A DNA stretch of 64,000 nucleotides from positions 39,866,001 through 39,930,000 of the forward strand of contig OZ024751.1 in the NCBI GenBank assembly GCA_964016885.1, written 5' to 3'. This document shows, piece by piece, positions 17,207-32,286 of this stretch; within the stretch, counting starts at the first letter, position 1; each line of letters opens with the position of its first letter. The position numbers and the translations under genes were made by a program. Below the pieces are notes generated by a model. The model searched no databases and was not told the origin of the DNA. It saw only the letters and a list, made by a program, of their open reading frames with translations. This stretch comes from Eledone cirrhosa (lineage: Eukaryota).

Positions 17207-17296
17207 ACTCTTTCTCTTTCTCTCTCTCACTCTTTCTCTCTCTCTGTCGATCTCCCCCCGCTCCTCTCTCTCTCTTTCTGTCTGTCGATCTTCCCG

Positions 17297-17335
<39 letters not shown>

Positions 17336-17912
17336 TTTCTATCCACCACCACCCCACTCTCTCTCCTTCTCTGGAAGAAATCGGCCCTGTTCAGACCTAG
17401 AAGGGGGATGTATTTTGCCAGGTTTAAAATGTCCAAGACACACCATCTGTCACTGCAATACTGCTACGACTCTACCCTGAATTACTGGTGCATACATTCA
17501 TTATTTGACGGTTGACTTTGCCTTTCATCCTTACGGGGTCGATAAAATAAAGTACCAGTAATGCACTGGGTAATTGCTGGCCTTGTGCCTAAAATAGAAA
17601 AAATTATTTGACATAAAATATTTATATTCTTCTCTCAAGTGTTCTTCTATTTCCGAACACCGTTTTTCAAAATACTTCATTTTGTTTCTTTCTCTCCCCC
17701 CTCACCCACTCTCTCTTTCTCTCTCTATCTATCTATATATATATACATATATATTCATATATGTATACATATATATATATACATGTATAAACATATATAT
17801 ATATATATACATATACATATACATATATATATACATATATATATATATATACATATATACATACATATATATATTCATATATATATGTATACATATATAC
17901 ATATATATATAA

Positions 17913-17954
<42 letters not shown>

Positions 17955-18364
17955 ATATGCATATATATCTTAACTATAATATATATATATATATATTGTT
18001 TCCTCATGACTGCCAGTCTATTCTCTCCCCATTAGTCAGACAGATATGGTACAAGATTTACGACTCGTTCATGCTGTTTCCCTTTCTATGTTTATGCAAT
18101 AAATATACTATATTCTCAAAACAGAGTTCGGTGCGGGTTAATTTTTAATAAATGTTACAATTTTATATTGGATTGTCTGTGTATTAGGTGGATACCAAAT
18201 AATTATTTATCTTATACAAGATGGCGGCGAGGGTTGGGTTTCCCTGATTTATATTTCCGGTCAAATAATTTCATGACTTCATTGCAGACGTCGAATATAT
18301 ATCTGAGAAAAACAAGATACTAGTCTGAAAACTGCACCAAATTTTGGTAGTCTGTTTCAATAAA

Positions 18365-18446
18365 TACATGATGTCCCTAAAAAATGTATACATACTTCAA
18401 CAGCATTCTAATAAATATGTGTATACATTTTTTTTAAGGGGGAAAC

Positions 18447-18454
<8 letters not shown>
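18365..18454. mobile_element. Tiny Tc1/mariner-type MITE remnant
   Basis: TA-cat-gatgtccctaaaaaatgtatacata ... gtgtatacatttttttaagggggaaacact-TA imperfect TIRs. Confidence 0.5.
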
Positions 18455-18488
<34 letters not shown>

Positions 18489-18616
18489 ATTATATTTTGT
18501 TGTTTATTATATAATTATATATTATAAATATATATATATGTGTGTGTATGTATATATATATATATATGTATATATATGTGTATGTATGTATATATATATG
18601 TATATATTTATATGTA

Positions 18617-18694
<78 letters not shown>

Positions 18695-18695
18695 G

Positions 18696-18774
<79 letters not shown>

Positions 18775-18775
<1 letters not shown>

Positions 18776-19300
18776 GATATTAATAAATGGAAACTATATT
18801 TATAAAACCATATTTATTTCATTATACATATTTCAGGGATACCACATTAAATTATGGTATGCCTTCATCAGACAAAATACAATATATAACAGTTTTACAA
18901 ATAGCTTTGACGTACCCTTTTAAAATGCAACCATTACTTTTGGAGGCTGTCTGGATAGTGATTTGTTTATATTATTTTAATAAGGGGCGGTGGAGTGGCA
19001 GTATCGGTAGAGGGTCGGACGCCATGCTTTCCAGCATAGTTACGTCCCTTTACGATCTGAGTTCAAATCCCGCCGAGGTTGACTTTGCCTTTCATCCTTA
19101 CGGGGTCGATAAAATAAAGTACCAGTAATGCACTGGGTAATTGCTGGCCTTGTGCCTAAAGTAGAAACAATTATTTTAATAAATCATAGTGTTAAGCACA
19201 ATTAGAAAAAGAAGGAGAGAAAGAAAAACTTGTCGAGTGCTTTATATCAGTTATAAAAATATTTACATGTTGTATCCCAACAACTTTAAATAGAACTTTT

Positions 19301-19303
<3 letters not shown>
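18775..19303 (-). mobile_element. Family C element with intact-core hammerhead (18815-18879, minus strand), interrupted by a SINE
   Basis: Matches the copies at 46401 and 24891; oppositely oriented tail at ~19231-19303. Confidence 0.75.
18984..19175 (+). mobile_element. tRNA-derived SINE, full length, young
   Basis: Box A tggcagtatcgg, box B gttcaaatcc, central gcctttcatccttacggggtcgataaaat; TSD attattttaataa. Confidence 0.9.
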
Positions 19304-19398
<95 letters not shown>

Positions 19399-19592
19399 GC
19401 ATATATATATATTATTTATAAGCGATTGATGATTGAATTAAGTAACCGTGAAACGAAAGTTTCTCTTATCATAAATAACTCGACACTCGTTGCTGAATAT
19501 TCTTCGTTCTATCATCAGATATATTCAATGCGCTGATGTTTAGATCTATGGTGGATTGCTATGTCTTGCTTTGAATATATAGATATATACGT

Positions 19593-19708
<116 letters not shown>

Positions 19709-19753
19709 GCGTGTGTGTGTATGTGTCTGTGTGAATGTATGTGTGTATTTATG

Positions 19754-19792
<39 letters not shown>

Positions 19793-19943
19793 TTAGATAT
19801 ACATCCGTATATATATATATTGTTGTACTTGGGGAGGGTGATATTGTTATAATATTGCCAGAAAAAATAACAGAACACACTCACTCTTTGGTTGGTTTTC
19901 GCTTCCGTATCTTTTATATCTCCACAGTTAATTTATATTTATC

Positions 19944-20013
<70 letters not shown>

Positions 20014-20033
20014 GAGAGAGAGAGAGAGAGAGG

Positions 20034-20068
<35 letters not shown>

Positions 20069-20752
20069 ACATACATATATATAACGGGCTTTGTAACGGT
20101 ATTTATTACATAATGACAGCTAGGACGATAGATACAAAGATTTGTTTTAGTCTGAAGTACACTATCTTTTAAATGTTTATATTAATTTCTCTTTTCTCTC
20201 CTGGTTTACATCTAGTAAACAAATCACTACTGATGTAAAGTCTTGCCAACCTTAGTCGGAACGGCTCTAATTTCCTTGTATATAAACCCTCTGTTTATTA
20301 TTTATAAACTTTCAATAAAAAACAATCAACTGTCTATTACTTTATCTATAAATCTTCCCTAACAAACAGTGTTTGTTTCAGGAACCAACAATAGTTTCTA
20401 ATTTAAGCATAAGGCCAGGAATTTTGAAAGGAGGGGAAAGTTGATTATATTGACCCCTGTCCAGTTCTTGACCTCTACTTTGTTTTATCGACACCAGCAG
20501 GATAACCTCGGTGCGATTTGAACGCAGTGCGCAGACTACCGGAACCAATATTGTAAAGTATTCTATCCAACGCTCTAATGATTCTGCCAGAAGTCACGAA
20601 TGGAAGTCACCTCAATGCTAGAAACAGCAGTTCAATTTGCTATCCCTCTTAAAAGAGAGGATGTATTTGCTTGGAGATTCTATACATAAATATGAAACTC
20701 AAAATAGTCTCTTACAATAAAATAGCTCTAGGAAAGAGATTTTTCCGAGCCG

Positions 20753-21011
20753 TATATTATAATTGAATATAAAAGAAAAACAAACACAGCTATATACATA
20801 TATGTGTTCAAATCGTAAGGGACCAGATTCGCTAAGGTGAAAAGAATATTAACTATAGACAATAGGGTTTGCCAGGCTTAATTTAAGAATAAATCAAGAA
20901 AATAAATACAAACCGGAATTGTGGTAACTACCAATCACGTGAGCGAATCTGGTCCCTTACGATTTGAACACATATGTCTATATATCTGTGTTTATTTTTC
21001 TTTTATATTCA

Positions 21012-21020
<9 letters not shown>
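20753..21020. repeat. Fold-back element, ~85-bp arms with ~95-bp spacer, ending in (TA)n
   Basis: tattataattgaatataaaagaaaaa...gggaccagattcgct versus agcgaatctggtccc...ttttatattcaattataata; no ribozyme core found. Confidence 0.75.
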
Positions 21021-21064
<44 letters not shown>

Positions 21065-21295
21065 AAAATATTGAAGTTTGCTTGAAGCATTGTGGAATAA
21101 TAAGGTAAATTTCTTTAAGTCGTTTGGAATCCTCGTCAATGCAGATGGGTAAATCTCCGGGTAACAAGATCCGGTGGTGGAGAGAGAGATGTAAGTGGGT
21201 GTACATATATATATAAGGAGAAAAGATGAAATGGAAAATGCAACTGGAGTCTTTTTTTGTTTAAATATATATTTATTTGGTTATATATATATATA

Positions 21296-21461
21296 TAACG
21301 AAGGAAGTGTGGTAAGGAACTAGGTGGACTATAACGCACCAGAGTACTCGATACTTTGGGTAGTAGAATGGGTAATATGAGTGGGTAATCAGGACGGCCA
21401 TTTCTGGAGCAGAATTAGCCGTCGAAACGGCTTGAACTCTGCCGTCGGGGTCCTGAACCTT
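21296..21461 (-). mobile_element. Family A copy, rearranged
   Basis: Tail plus outer arm match. Confidence 0.75.
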
Positions 21462-21589
21462 TTATATATATATATATATATATATGATAAGGAGTTGACG
21501 GACCCAGCATATTTATCAATGCATATATATACATATATGCATATAAATATATGTGTGTGTTTATCCCAAGTTCTAGTCCCGTAAAAGCC

Positions 21590-21628
<39 letters not shown>

Positions 21629-21630
21629 CA

Positions 21631-21676
<46 letters not shown>

Positions 21677-22114
21677 GGCGATGTTTTTATGTCCAAGTGT
21701 TGAACGAACGATTGATCAAGAGATTGTTTGAATTTAAATATGAATGGGAATATCAGAATTTGTGGCAAACACAAAACGGATGTTCCTAATTGTAATTCAC
21801 AGAGTGCAGTTCTATAACTGAATGGTTTTATCACAGCTAAGACTATTTAAAATTCTATAAAATTCAATAAATGTATGTATTTTATTAGTGGAAGGTAGTG
21901 TAGCTCTATTGTATAGAGAAACCTTAACTTACTAGAAAATTGCTTTCATGGCAGAAAAAACGAATAAATCTGTTGTAAGCTTGTGTGATACTGCTAGCAT
22001 CAGATATTGGTCTACCATTGTCTTCTTGAGTTGATTTTCTTTACACAAAACACACATGATATGCATACATATGGCTTCATATACCCACACACATAAACAT
22101 GCACACATCTCTCC

Positions 22115-22380
<266 letters not shown>

Positions 22381-22480
22381 GTATATATATATATATAAGC
22401 ATCTGAAGACATGTATGTATGCATATACATACATATATATATAAATACATACATACCTACATACCTACATACATACATGC

Positions 22481-22511
<31 letters not shown>

Positions 22512-22696
22512 CATACATACATACATACATACATACATACACACACATGTCCGCAGTCTAATGAGAGAAACCAGTAAAAGAATATATGTATGTGTGTATG
22601 TATATATGTATGTAAAAGGTACACAGAAATAACAAAACAAACGGCAGAGTACGTGGAAGAAATATATTAGTTTAACGCTTGAAATACCAGGAAGAG

Positions 22697-22734
22697 AGTC
22701 GTAACGTTTCGGACACATATCGTTCATCAGAAAA
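22697..22734 (-). ncRNA. Degenerate hammerhead-like motif
   Basis: Minus strand CTGATGA acgatatgtgtcc GAAA CG TT; core present but stems I and II pair poorly. Confidence 0.4.
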
Positions 22735-22844
22735 TGGAGATAGAAACAGAAGATAAATAGAAAGTGTGTGTTTCTGTATGTATGTCTGTACCTATGTGTA
22801 CATCTGTGCGTATGTGTGTGTATATTATATTATATAGAGCATAC

Positions 22845-22921
<77 letters not shown>

Positions 22922-23206
22922 GTCTTGCTCAAGTACATAACGCATCGCCTGGTCCGGGAATCGAACTCACAATCTCACGATTGCGAATTAAATTCTCTAA
23001 CCACTCACCCACACACCTTGAGCAAGACCATTTATTTCACGTTGCTCCTTCTACCTGGAGTTTCGACCGGTAGATAGTATTAGCAACTGGGAAGACCAAT
23101 GGAAACATTGTTTCCTCGGTCCGATTTGATGAAAGTCGATCGTTCCTGAAATATATATATATGTACATAGCTATAAATATACATATATATATGTACATAA
23201 CTATAA

Positions 23207-23251
<45 letters not shown>

Positions 23252-23540
23252 AAAGTATGTCCATAGAATCATTTGATAAAATATATACACCATTTCCTCT
23301 CCCAATGAACATAATCAACCACGCAAATAAACAATTAAACAAGGCTATAAGATTAAAAGACCCCTGTGAAGAAATTAGATAAATAAACGACAGCTATCTA
23401 TCCGTGATCAACAGCTATAGAATATTTACCCAGCATTTCTAATACCACGTGGAAATCGATTAAATATATCGTCAACCATACACAATTAAGTATAAAATCA
23501 AAGTTAGAAGAAAAAATGTATGTATATATATATATATATA

Positions 23541-23712
23541 TAACGAAGGAGGTGTGGTAAGGAACCAGATGGACCATAACGCACCAGAGTACTCAATACT
23601 TAGGGTAGTAGAGTGGGTAATAGGAAAATATTTAACGCCGACGGCAGAGCTCAAGCCGTCGAAATAGCCGTCGAAACGGCTTGAGCACTGCCGTCGGGGT
23701 TAAACATTTTCC
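23541..23712 (-). mobile_element. Family A copy
   Basis: Sequence match; TA-flanked. Confidence 0.85.
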
Positions 23713-24093
23713 TATATATATATATATACATATACTATATATATATTATATATATATATGTGTGTGTGTGTAGTAGTAGTAGGGAGGGTGCTAATATTTA
23801 AATATCGTTATATTGTAACTTGCAATCAATAAGCCTCTGAGGAATACAGACATTTTGAAAAAAAAAGACCTTTCCCACCCAGCCCTATATGTCCAACTCT
23901 ATCACGGCTTTGTCTCTAATGTCCGTTCTGTCTTAGAATTTATTGATATTCCAATGATTCTTTACCAACTTATATCGGATTGCTATTAATCTTTTTACCA
24001 AGTTTTGATTATCCAAAAAAAAACTTTTTTTTTCATTCATTTTTTTTTCAGTGAAACTGTAAAATGGATAGGTACACACACACACACACACAT

Positions 24094-24235
<142 letters not shown>

Positions 24236-24584
24236 TTTTATATATGTGTGTGTTTGTGTGTGTGTGTGTGCATAAATATATGTATATATGCATATATATT
24301 CATATACCTATATATATTTTACACACAAATATCAATTTATGTATGAGTGTATATATATGTGCATGTGTATGTGTTTGTGCGTGTGAATGTGCGTGGTTTA
24401 TTGCTAAAGCCAAGTCGTTAGTTCAATTACTAACGAAGTGTTGTGTATTTGAACAAGATATTTTATTTCACGTTTCTCCTCTCAAATATCAAAGATGGGT
24501 TATATCTTCAATACAAAGGGTCGGCCTAGTCACTCACTGTGTCAAGCTGAATGTCAGCCTTTGGGGTCCTGAATTGTTTCATAT

Positions 24585-24626
<42 letters not shown>

Positions 24627-24629
<3 letters not shown>

Positions 24630-24817
24630 CGGAGGAAATGTGGTAAGGAACCAGGTGGACGATAACGCACCAAAGTACTCAATACTTAGGGTAGTAGAGT
24701 GGGTAATAGGAACGAGTAGGACCCCGACGGCTGAGCTCAAGCCGTTTCGACGGCTAATTCTGGACTTAGAATTAGCCGTCGAAACGGCTTGAGCTCAGCC
24801 GTCGGGGTCCTACTCGT

Positions 24818-24820
<3 letters not shown>
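24627..24820 (-). mobile_element. Family A copy
   Basis: Sequence match; TA-flanked. Confidence 0.88.
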
Positions 24821-25391
<571 letters not shown>

Positions 25392-25478
25392 GTCAGGACC
25401 CGGCCTTTTCGACAGATAGATCCGAAGCGTTATGGTCCACCTCATGTCTTATCACACTTTCTTTGTTATATATATATA

Positions 25479-25531
<53 letters not shown>

Positions 25532-25599
25532 TATATTATAAGAACAGATTAAAGTTTACTCTCTTAACGGGATCTTCTGAAACACATTATTTTTACTAC

Positions 25600-25636
<37 letters not shown>

Positions 25637-26049
25637 AGCATAAGAGTACATGTATATATGCGTATATTTGGGCATTTAAACTATAAAATCATGAGCACGA
25701 CATTCGTTGAACTAACAATTGGAACACTGATCACCTAAACTGACGGAGGTTCATTCCTTTCTTGCTTTCAATCTCTGGCCATAAATTAATTTTAAAGAAT
25801 GTTCAAGCTGATCGTGGAAATTAAGATGAGGAGGAATCAAAAGATGATCTTGGACGTGCACCAGAGAACATGTAAGCTCCGAATATTTACCAAAATTACA
25901 TTCGGGCTTTCTGGTTCCTAGCCAAGAAAGAGAGAAGCTCTACCAAATTTTCCGGCTTGTTCTTGCATGCTAATTCTGAAGCATTATCTCTGCAAACAAA
26001 ACTTTGTTATTTAATCCCTGCTGCGCGTACATTTCCATTGTTCACACAC

Positions 26050-26098
<49 letters not shown>

Positions 26099-26128
26099 CA
26101 TACATATATATATACATATATATATATG

Positions 26129-26176
<48 letters not shown>

Positions 26177-26179
26177 CAC

Positions 26180-26256
<77 letters not shown>

Positions 26257-26470
26257 TACACAGGTTCACACTCACATACAAGCAATGCCTTTCTGAACAC
26301 ATCTTTCCAAGTCCACCTCCCTTCCATGTTTTTCAAGCATCCTCAAATCATGTTTAAACAACGCAGATCAAGTAAAGCGTACAACACTCCACCATCACAG
26401 CTCATTAACACCATATTGCTACAACACTTAAACGTGCTTCCAATAATTTCACTCAAAATATATTATGACA

Positions 26471-26610
<140 letters not shown>

Positions 26611-26670
26611 ACATGACAGGCAGACGCAAACACATTTACATACACATGCACATACATTCTCTCTCTCTCT

Positions 26671-26828
26671 CAGCTCTGGTCGTCTCACAGTGTCAACCTA
26701 ACCGGAGAAGTTGAATCAATCCAACGAAGCTACACCAATAGGATTTGCCAGGTTGAAGGAGATGAGCTAATGGGAGAGGCTGAAAGAAATAAAGAACTAC
26801 TCCTTGGAACGAAGACGAGAGAGATACG
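26671..26828 (+). mobile_element. CR1-group LINE ORF2 C-terminal remnant
   Basis: QLWSSH...VESIQRSYTNRI / MS*WERLKEIKNYSLERRRERY, with a frameshift and a stop. Confidence 0.7.
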
Positions 26829-26879
26829 CACACACACACAAACAAACACACACAAACAAACACACACACACACACACAC

Positions 26880-26928
<49 letters not shown>

Positions 26929-27020
26929 ATATATATATATATCACTTTTAATCATAGAAATTGCTTCATTCCAAACTGTTCATTCCAAATAAATTAGTAA
27001 AGCCCTCGATTGAACCCGTG

Positions 27021-27129
<109 letters not shown>

Positions 27130-27370
27130 GAGAGAGTCACGGAGAGAGAGATGGAGAGAAAGAAAGAGAGAGAGAGGGAGAGAGGGGGAGAGAGAGGGAG
27201 AGAGGGAGAGATAGTATGCATGTGTGATCAGTTTCTGAACGTATACTGTCTAGAAGGTTCTATATTGATGTTTGATAGAATGTGAGAGAAAGGACATTTA
27301 TAGGCCAAGCTGAGAATTCAAGATGGCTACTAAAAAATTCTTTCCTGTTCTTTCCTCCATTGTTTATTAG

Positions 27371-27490
27371 TATAACGTCGTTACACCATTGACATCGATG
27401 TCGGTCGTTAAACCACCAGAAGATATCAGGAAAGAGAAAGCGCAAAACCTACAAACTGCTCCAGACCCTGCCAGACCAGAAAACTTAAAT
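27371..27490 (+). CDS. ITIH-like exon YNVVTPLTSMSVVKPPEDIRKEKAQNLQTAPDPARPENLN (absent from the ORF track)
   Basis: Polypyrimidine tract + ttag acceptor, gtaagt donor, 120 nt, phase 0-0; continues LELSLK into the ITIH motif Y.FVTPLTSMVV.KP. Confidence 0.9.
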
Positions 27491-27537
27491 GTAAGTTTTT
27501 TCTGACTCTTTGAGATCGTTTTATTGATTTATATCAT

Positions 27538-27612
<75 letters not shown>

Positions 27613-27614
<2 letters not shown>

Positions 27615-27689
27615 TAAGTATGTACTTATATTTAAGTAGCAGCCGTACTAAGAGTGAGAAATGAAATTTCGTTTCATTTTTTTCCATTT

Positions 27690-27779
<90 letters not shown>

Positions 27780-28277
27780 TATGTACACGTACATACATAT
27801 ATGTATACAGACGTACAGTAGTATGTATATATATATACATACATGCACACATATATATATGTACGTGTAGATTCAGCGAACATTTATTATAATGCTCGGT
27901 GTGTTTGTAACAAACATCCCGTATTAAGCTGTAGTGTCCAGCAACCATCGTTGGCAGGAAGGTATACGTTGCTGACGATAGCTAATAAGCTTGAAACTAG
28001 TACAGCGTTCCTTTGTCAGTGTTGAACAAACGAGCAACGATGGTTGCTAGACACTGTACGGCTTAATACGGGATGTTTGTTTACAAACACACCGAGCATT
28101 ATAACAAATGTTCGGTGAATCCATACGTACATATATATATGTGTGTGCATGTATGTATATATATATATATACATACTACTGTACGTCTGTATACATATAT
28201 GTATGTACGTGTACATACTTATATTTAAGTAACAGCCGTACTAAGAGTGGGAAATGAAATTTCGTTTCATTTTTTCC

Positions 28278-28281
<4 letters not shown>
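27613..28281 (+). mobile_element. Fold-back hammerhead element: inverted arms ~27773-27950 / ~28034-28224, ribozyme in the loop, tail duplicated at ~27623-27690 and ~28216-28281
   Basis: Inverted and direct repeats read directly; flanked by (TA)n. Confidence 0.8.
27967..28007 (+). ncRNA. Minimal type I hammerhead ribozyme
   Basis: cgttg CTGACGA t-agct-aata-agct-t GAAA CTAG TA|cagcg; complete core, palindromic stem III, GUA triplet. Confidence 0.88.
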
Positions 28282-28364
<83 letters not shown>

Positions 28365-28446
28365 GAAAGTGAACAACACAAAATATAACTACTCCATTAC
28401 CAAAGGTTTCTGGATCCCAGACAATGATAATATACGGAATTACCTA

Positions 28447-28509
<63 letters not shown>

Positions 28510-28788
28510 TAAACAGAAATAACAACGCAATCGGTACAGTATATGGAAGGAATATATTAGGTTAATGTATATATATACATAGAAGGTGTGGTAAGATACC
28601 AGAGTTCGGATCTAGCTGTCGAAACGGTTGGAGCTCAGCCGTCGGGGTCTTGACATTTTTCCTATATTTATATATATATATGTGTGTGTGTGTGTGTATG
28701 TGTGTGTGCGTATATGTGCGTGTGTATGTGTGAGTGTATGTATATAGAGATTTATATACATGTATGTAGGCATAAATATATCAATCTC

Positions 28789-28827
<39 letters not shown>

Positions 28828-29553
28828 ATGTATCTATGCATGTTAGTATAGGTATATAAAATATACATATGCGTATGTATATATACACACCTACACATAC
28901 ACATATACACTAAAAATATATATATATACATTCTTGAAATTCTTTAAAACACCAGAGACTACTCTACAACATCCTTAATAGGGAGCAGCCAACAATGGAA
29001 CACTACTTGCTAGAAATAACAGCTAGGTCTTTCTCAATGACTGTTCACAAATCAAATCCTACAAAACTTCTTGAAAACATTATTGAAATCTATTTTTGCT
29101 TTCGTCTCCATTTCATTCGCCTAATTTCAAAACGTAACATTATTTTTGTCACACGTATAAAAAGACATAAAATAAAATACTAAGACAATGTCGAGAATTT
29201 GTTGCACATCAGAATTATATCGTGACATCTTGGCAAGGCATCAGTTTCAACTCAGTGACCGCAACATTTTTTATTATTTCAGCCTGACTCTAAATGTAAA
29301 TAACAGACATATACAGAGCTAATCTAAGCCTTTCTCTTCCTCAACATCGTATTTATTATAATAGAAACTCTTTGTACAATTTCTTCCATCTCAACACTCA
29401 AATCAATTCACATTTCTCTCTGCCTTCAAACCAACGAATTCTGACAATGACTGTTTTTTAGTTAACTTTCTCTATCTCTTTCTCTCTCTCTATATATATA
29501 TATATATGTGTGTGTGTGCATATATATGTATGTATATATATATATATATATAT

Positions 29554-29615
<62 letters not shown>

Positions 29616-29648
29616 TTATGCACATATATGTATGTATATATGTTTATA

Positions 29649-29723
<75 letters not shown>

Positions 29724-31036
29724 TCATATCTCGCTTGTTCTCTCTCTCTCAACCTTATTGCACTACGTACAAAAGAAATCAGTTTGCATTTTTTTTTGGA
29801 AAAGCTAACTATAGAAATAGTTTTACGTGTTGCGATTTAAAGATAACATCTAGCCGTGGGAAACTGTAGATGTTTCATTGAAAACCACTTGCAGTAACGT
29901 TTGTGTGTGAGAAGAAAACAAGTTTTAGTGTGAATGGAAGACAAACTGCGAAGAGTTAACAGAAGCGTGAGAGCGTTGGACAAAATATCTGGTGGCACGA
30001 TAGGTTTTTATCAACCAACTCCAAGCCATACATTAAAAGCCACCAAAATGCAAGTGCAAGAGGTTACTGAGAATGCGAAAGGACATGACGGAAATAGAGA
30101 GAACATAATTCTAGGAGAGAGAAGATAAACCTGGGTGTTCCTTTTCAATGTTTACAAATTGCAGTGGCTAAGTAATCAGATGTTGGACGATAATTCCAAA
30201 GTCGAATGTATCAGAAAAAAGTTTGTGATTGAATTTAGGAACTTCAACTGTTAATGGATGAAACCTAGCCACAAATCTGGTTCTCTGGTTAAACTTATGA
30301 AGACAAGGCAACAAAGAAGAAAACTCAACAGAACAATTTTCTTGAAAATATTTACAGAAAAGGCAGAGAAATACAACATTTGATGGTGTGATATTGATTG
30401 AAACCGATATGATAAGTGGGAACAAATAATGTTGGCGATTCTTTTTTTCTCTGGATGTTATCCAGATTCTCAAAGTGCACAGATTTGGCCAGAATTCTTG
30501 TAACGGGAGTCGTTTTTCTTACATGCACCTAAGTAATAGTTGATGTTGTTAAACCAAACAATGTATTAATTCTATATTTATGTCACTTTCTTCTTCCATT
30601 AGTCCCATCTGGCTATAAATTTAAACTACTCTATATAAATATTTTTCAGTTGATTCCATTTCAAAACTTACATTATATTATTCAATTATTCAGCATCAGA
30701 GAATTTCTTGAGGAAATAGTTTCTTGTGGTTATTTTTGTTTAATTATTTACTTTCCCAATTATATCTAAAAGCATATATCAGGAAAGAAATACTTGTAGA
30801 AGGGAAAAAAGTGTTGCATTGCACAAGAAACATTTATGAATACAAGGTGCCAAATTATATATGTAAAACTAAATTTGTTGCCAAAACATTTATGTTAAAT
30901 GGCCAAATTCTTCAACATTATAATATATTAAAAAAATGAAAAATACATCGTCTAATGCTCTAACCATTCCGCTACTCTACTATCCAGGATACATATTTTA
31001 TTTTATCCACTTGAGTTGAAAGGTAGATTTAATGCA

Positions 31037-31320
31037 AGGGTTGGTCTAGGCGGTATTTGTACACAGTTAAATGAGCCTGGACTGGCCTCAGCGGTATTTG
31101 TACACAGTTCTATGAGCCTGGGTTGGTCTCGGCGGTATTTGAACACAGTTCAATGAGCCTGGGTTGGTCTCGGTGGTATTTGGATACAGCTCAATGAGCC
31201 TGGATTGGTCTCGGTGGTATTTGAACTTAGTTCAATAGGCCTGGGTTGCTCTCGGTGGTATTTCAACACAGCTCAATGAACCTGGTTGGTCTTGGTGGTA
31301 TTTGGACACAGTTCAGGGAG
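31037..31320. repeat. Minisatellite, ~41-42-bp unit, 7 copies, within a SINE-like remnant
   Basis: ctcgg(c/t)ggtatttgaacacagttcaatgagcctgggttggt repeated. Confidence 0.85.
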
Positions 31321-31992
31321 CCAGAACTAATATACTAAGACAGTTTGTCATACACTCTCGTGACTTATACACCAACCGGAACATTCACCGACGAGGTTCC
31401 ATTTTAAATGAAAACAAAACTATGCTTAATTTTATCAGAAATGTTAAAAGAAAGATGAAAAGTCCATCAACTCTGGTGGGAGTTGAGCTCTGAACGTAAA
31501 AACCGTAACCAATTACCGCAAGCTATTTTATCAGACGTTCTGTTTTACGAAACCATCCCTTGTGAAAAATATTATGGCAAATAAATTATAGCTGAAGTAA
31601 ATTGAAAGAAAAAAAAAACTGTAGCAAGAAAAATGTTTGCTTTGTAAGTTGAAATTTTGTTTCCATTTTTTATTCTCGTTTGATTGAAAATAAAATCGAA
31701 GATATGTTAATGAAGCAATAACTGATTAAGTTATTGGTTTCATTTCTGCAATATTAGATTATTATCAAACGAAGCTTTATATATCGTCTGCAGAATGAAT
31801 GAATACTAAGCAGCCGATACGACCATATCACAACAGCTTTGATGTAAGTGTTTGTTCGTTCATTCGTATTCGGTTATTTTACAGTAACATATCAGTTTCC
31901 AGACACAACTTAGTTGTGGTTTTGTTACTATAGTGTAAAGTCTGTGGTTTATCTGGAGTCTTACATATTAGTTGTTTTTATTTCTGTTCCAG

Positions 31993-32037
31993 CCAAATCA
32001 CCTCACAGTCGGCCATCGCAAATAATTCCTTTGGCGG
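31993..32037 (+). CDS. Probable 45-nt linker exon of the ITIH-like gene (phase 1-1: xKSPHSRPSQIIPLA)
   Basis: Strong acceptor tttctgttccag and donor g|gtgagt; open in phase 1 and joins the next exon in frame, but has no motif support and does not join the upstream phase-0 exon directly. Confidence 0.5.
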
Positions 32038-32093
32038 GTGAGTAAATATCTCTAGAAATGTTGTTAAAAACTTTGTATTATTTTTTATATTAT

Positions 32094-32286
32094 GGCGGTG
32101 GATTGGCAGTATCGGTAGAGGTTCGGACGCCATGCTTTGACGCATAGAGTTACGGCCCTTGCCATTCTGAGTTCAAATCCCGCCGAGGTTAACTTTGCCT
32201 TTCATCCTTACGGGGTCGATAAAATAAAGTACCAGTAATGTACTGGGTAATTTTCTGGCCTTGTGCCAATAGTAGAAACAATTATT
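32094..32286 (+). mobile_element. Same SINE family, full length
   Basis: Similar to the 18984 copy; TSD attattttttatattat. Confidence 0.9.

Noticed and set aside
18984-19075. tRNA gene
   Set aside because: Box A/B are present but as the head of a multi-copy SINE with a tail and TSDs; no complete cloverleaf.
29880-30540. Possible GIY-YIG or gene fragment in unique sequence
   Set aside because: No recognisable motif or consistent frame by eye.
31037-31320. CRISPR-like periodic array
   Set aside because: Whole units are repeated with no unique spacers; eukaryotic context with no cas genes. The same holds for 5076-5575 and 49627-50322.
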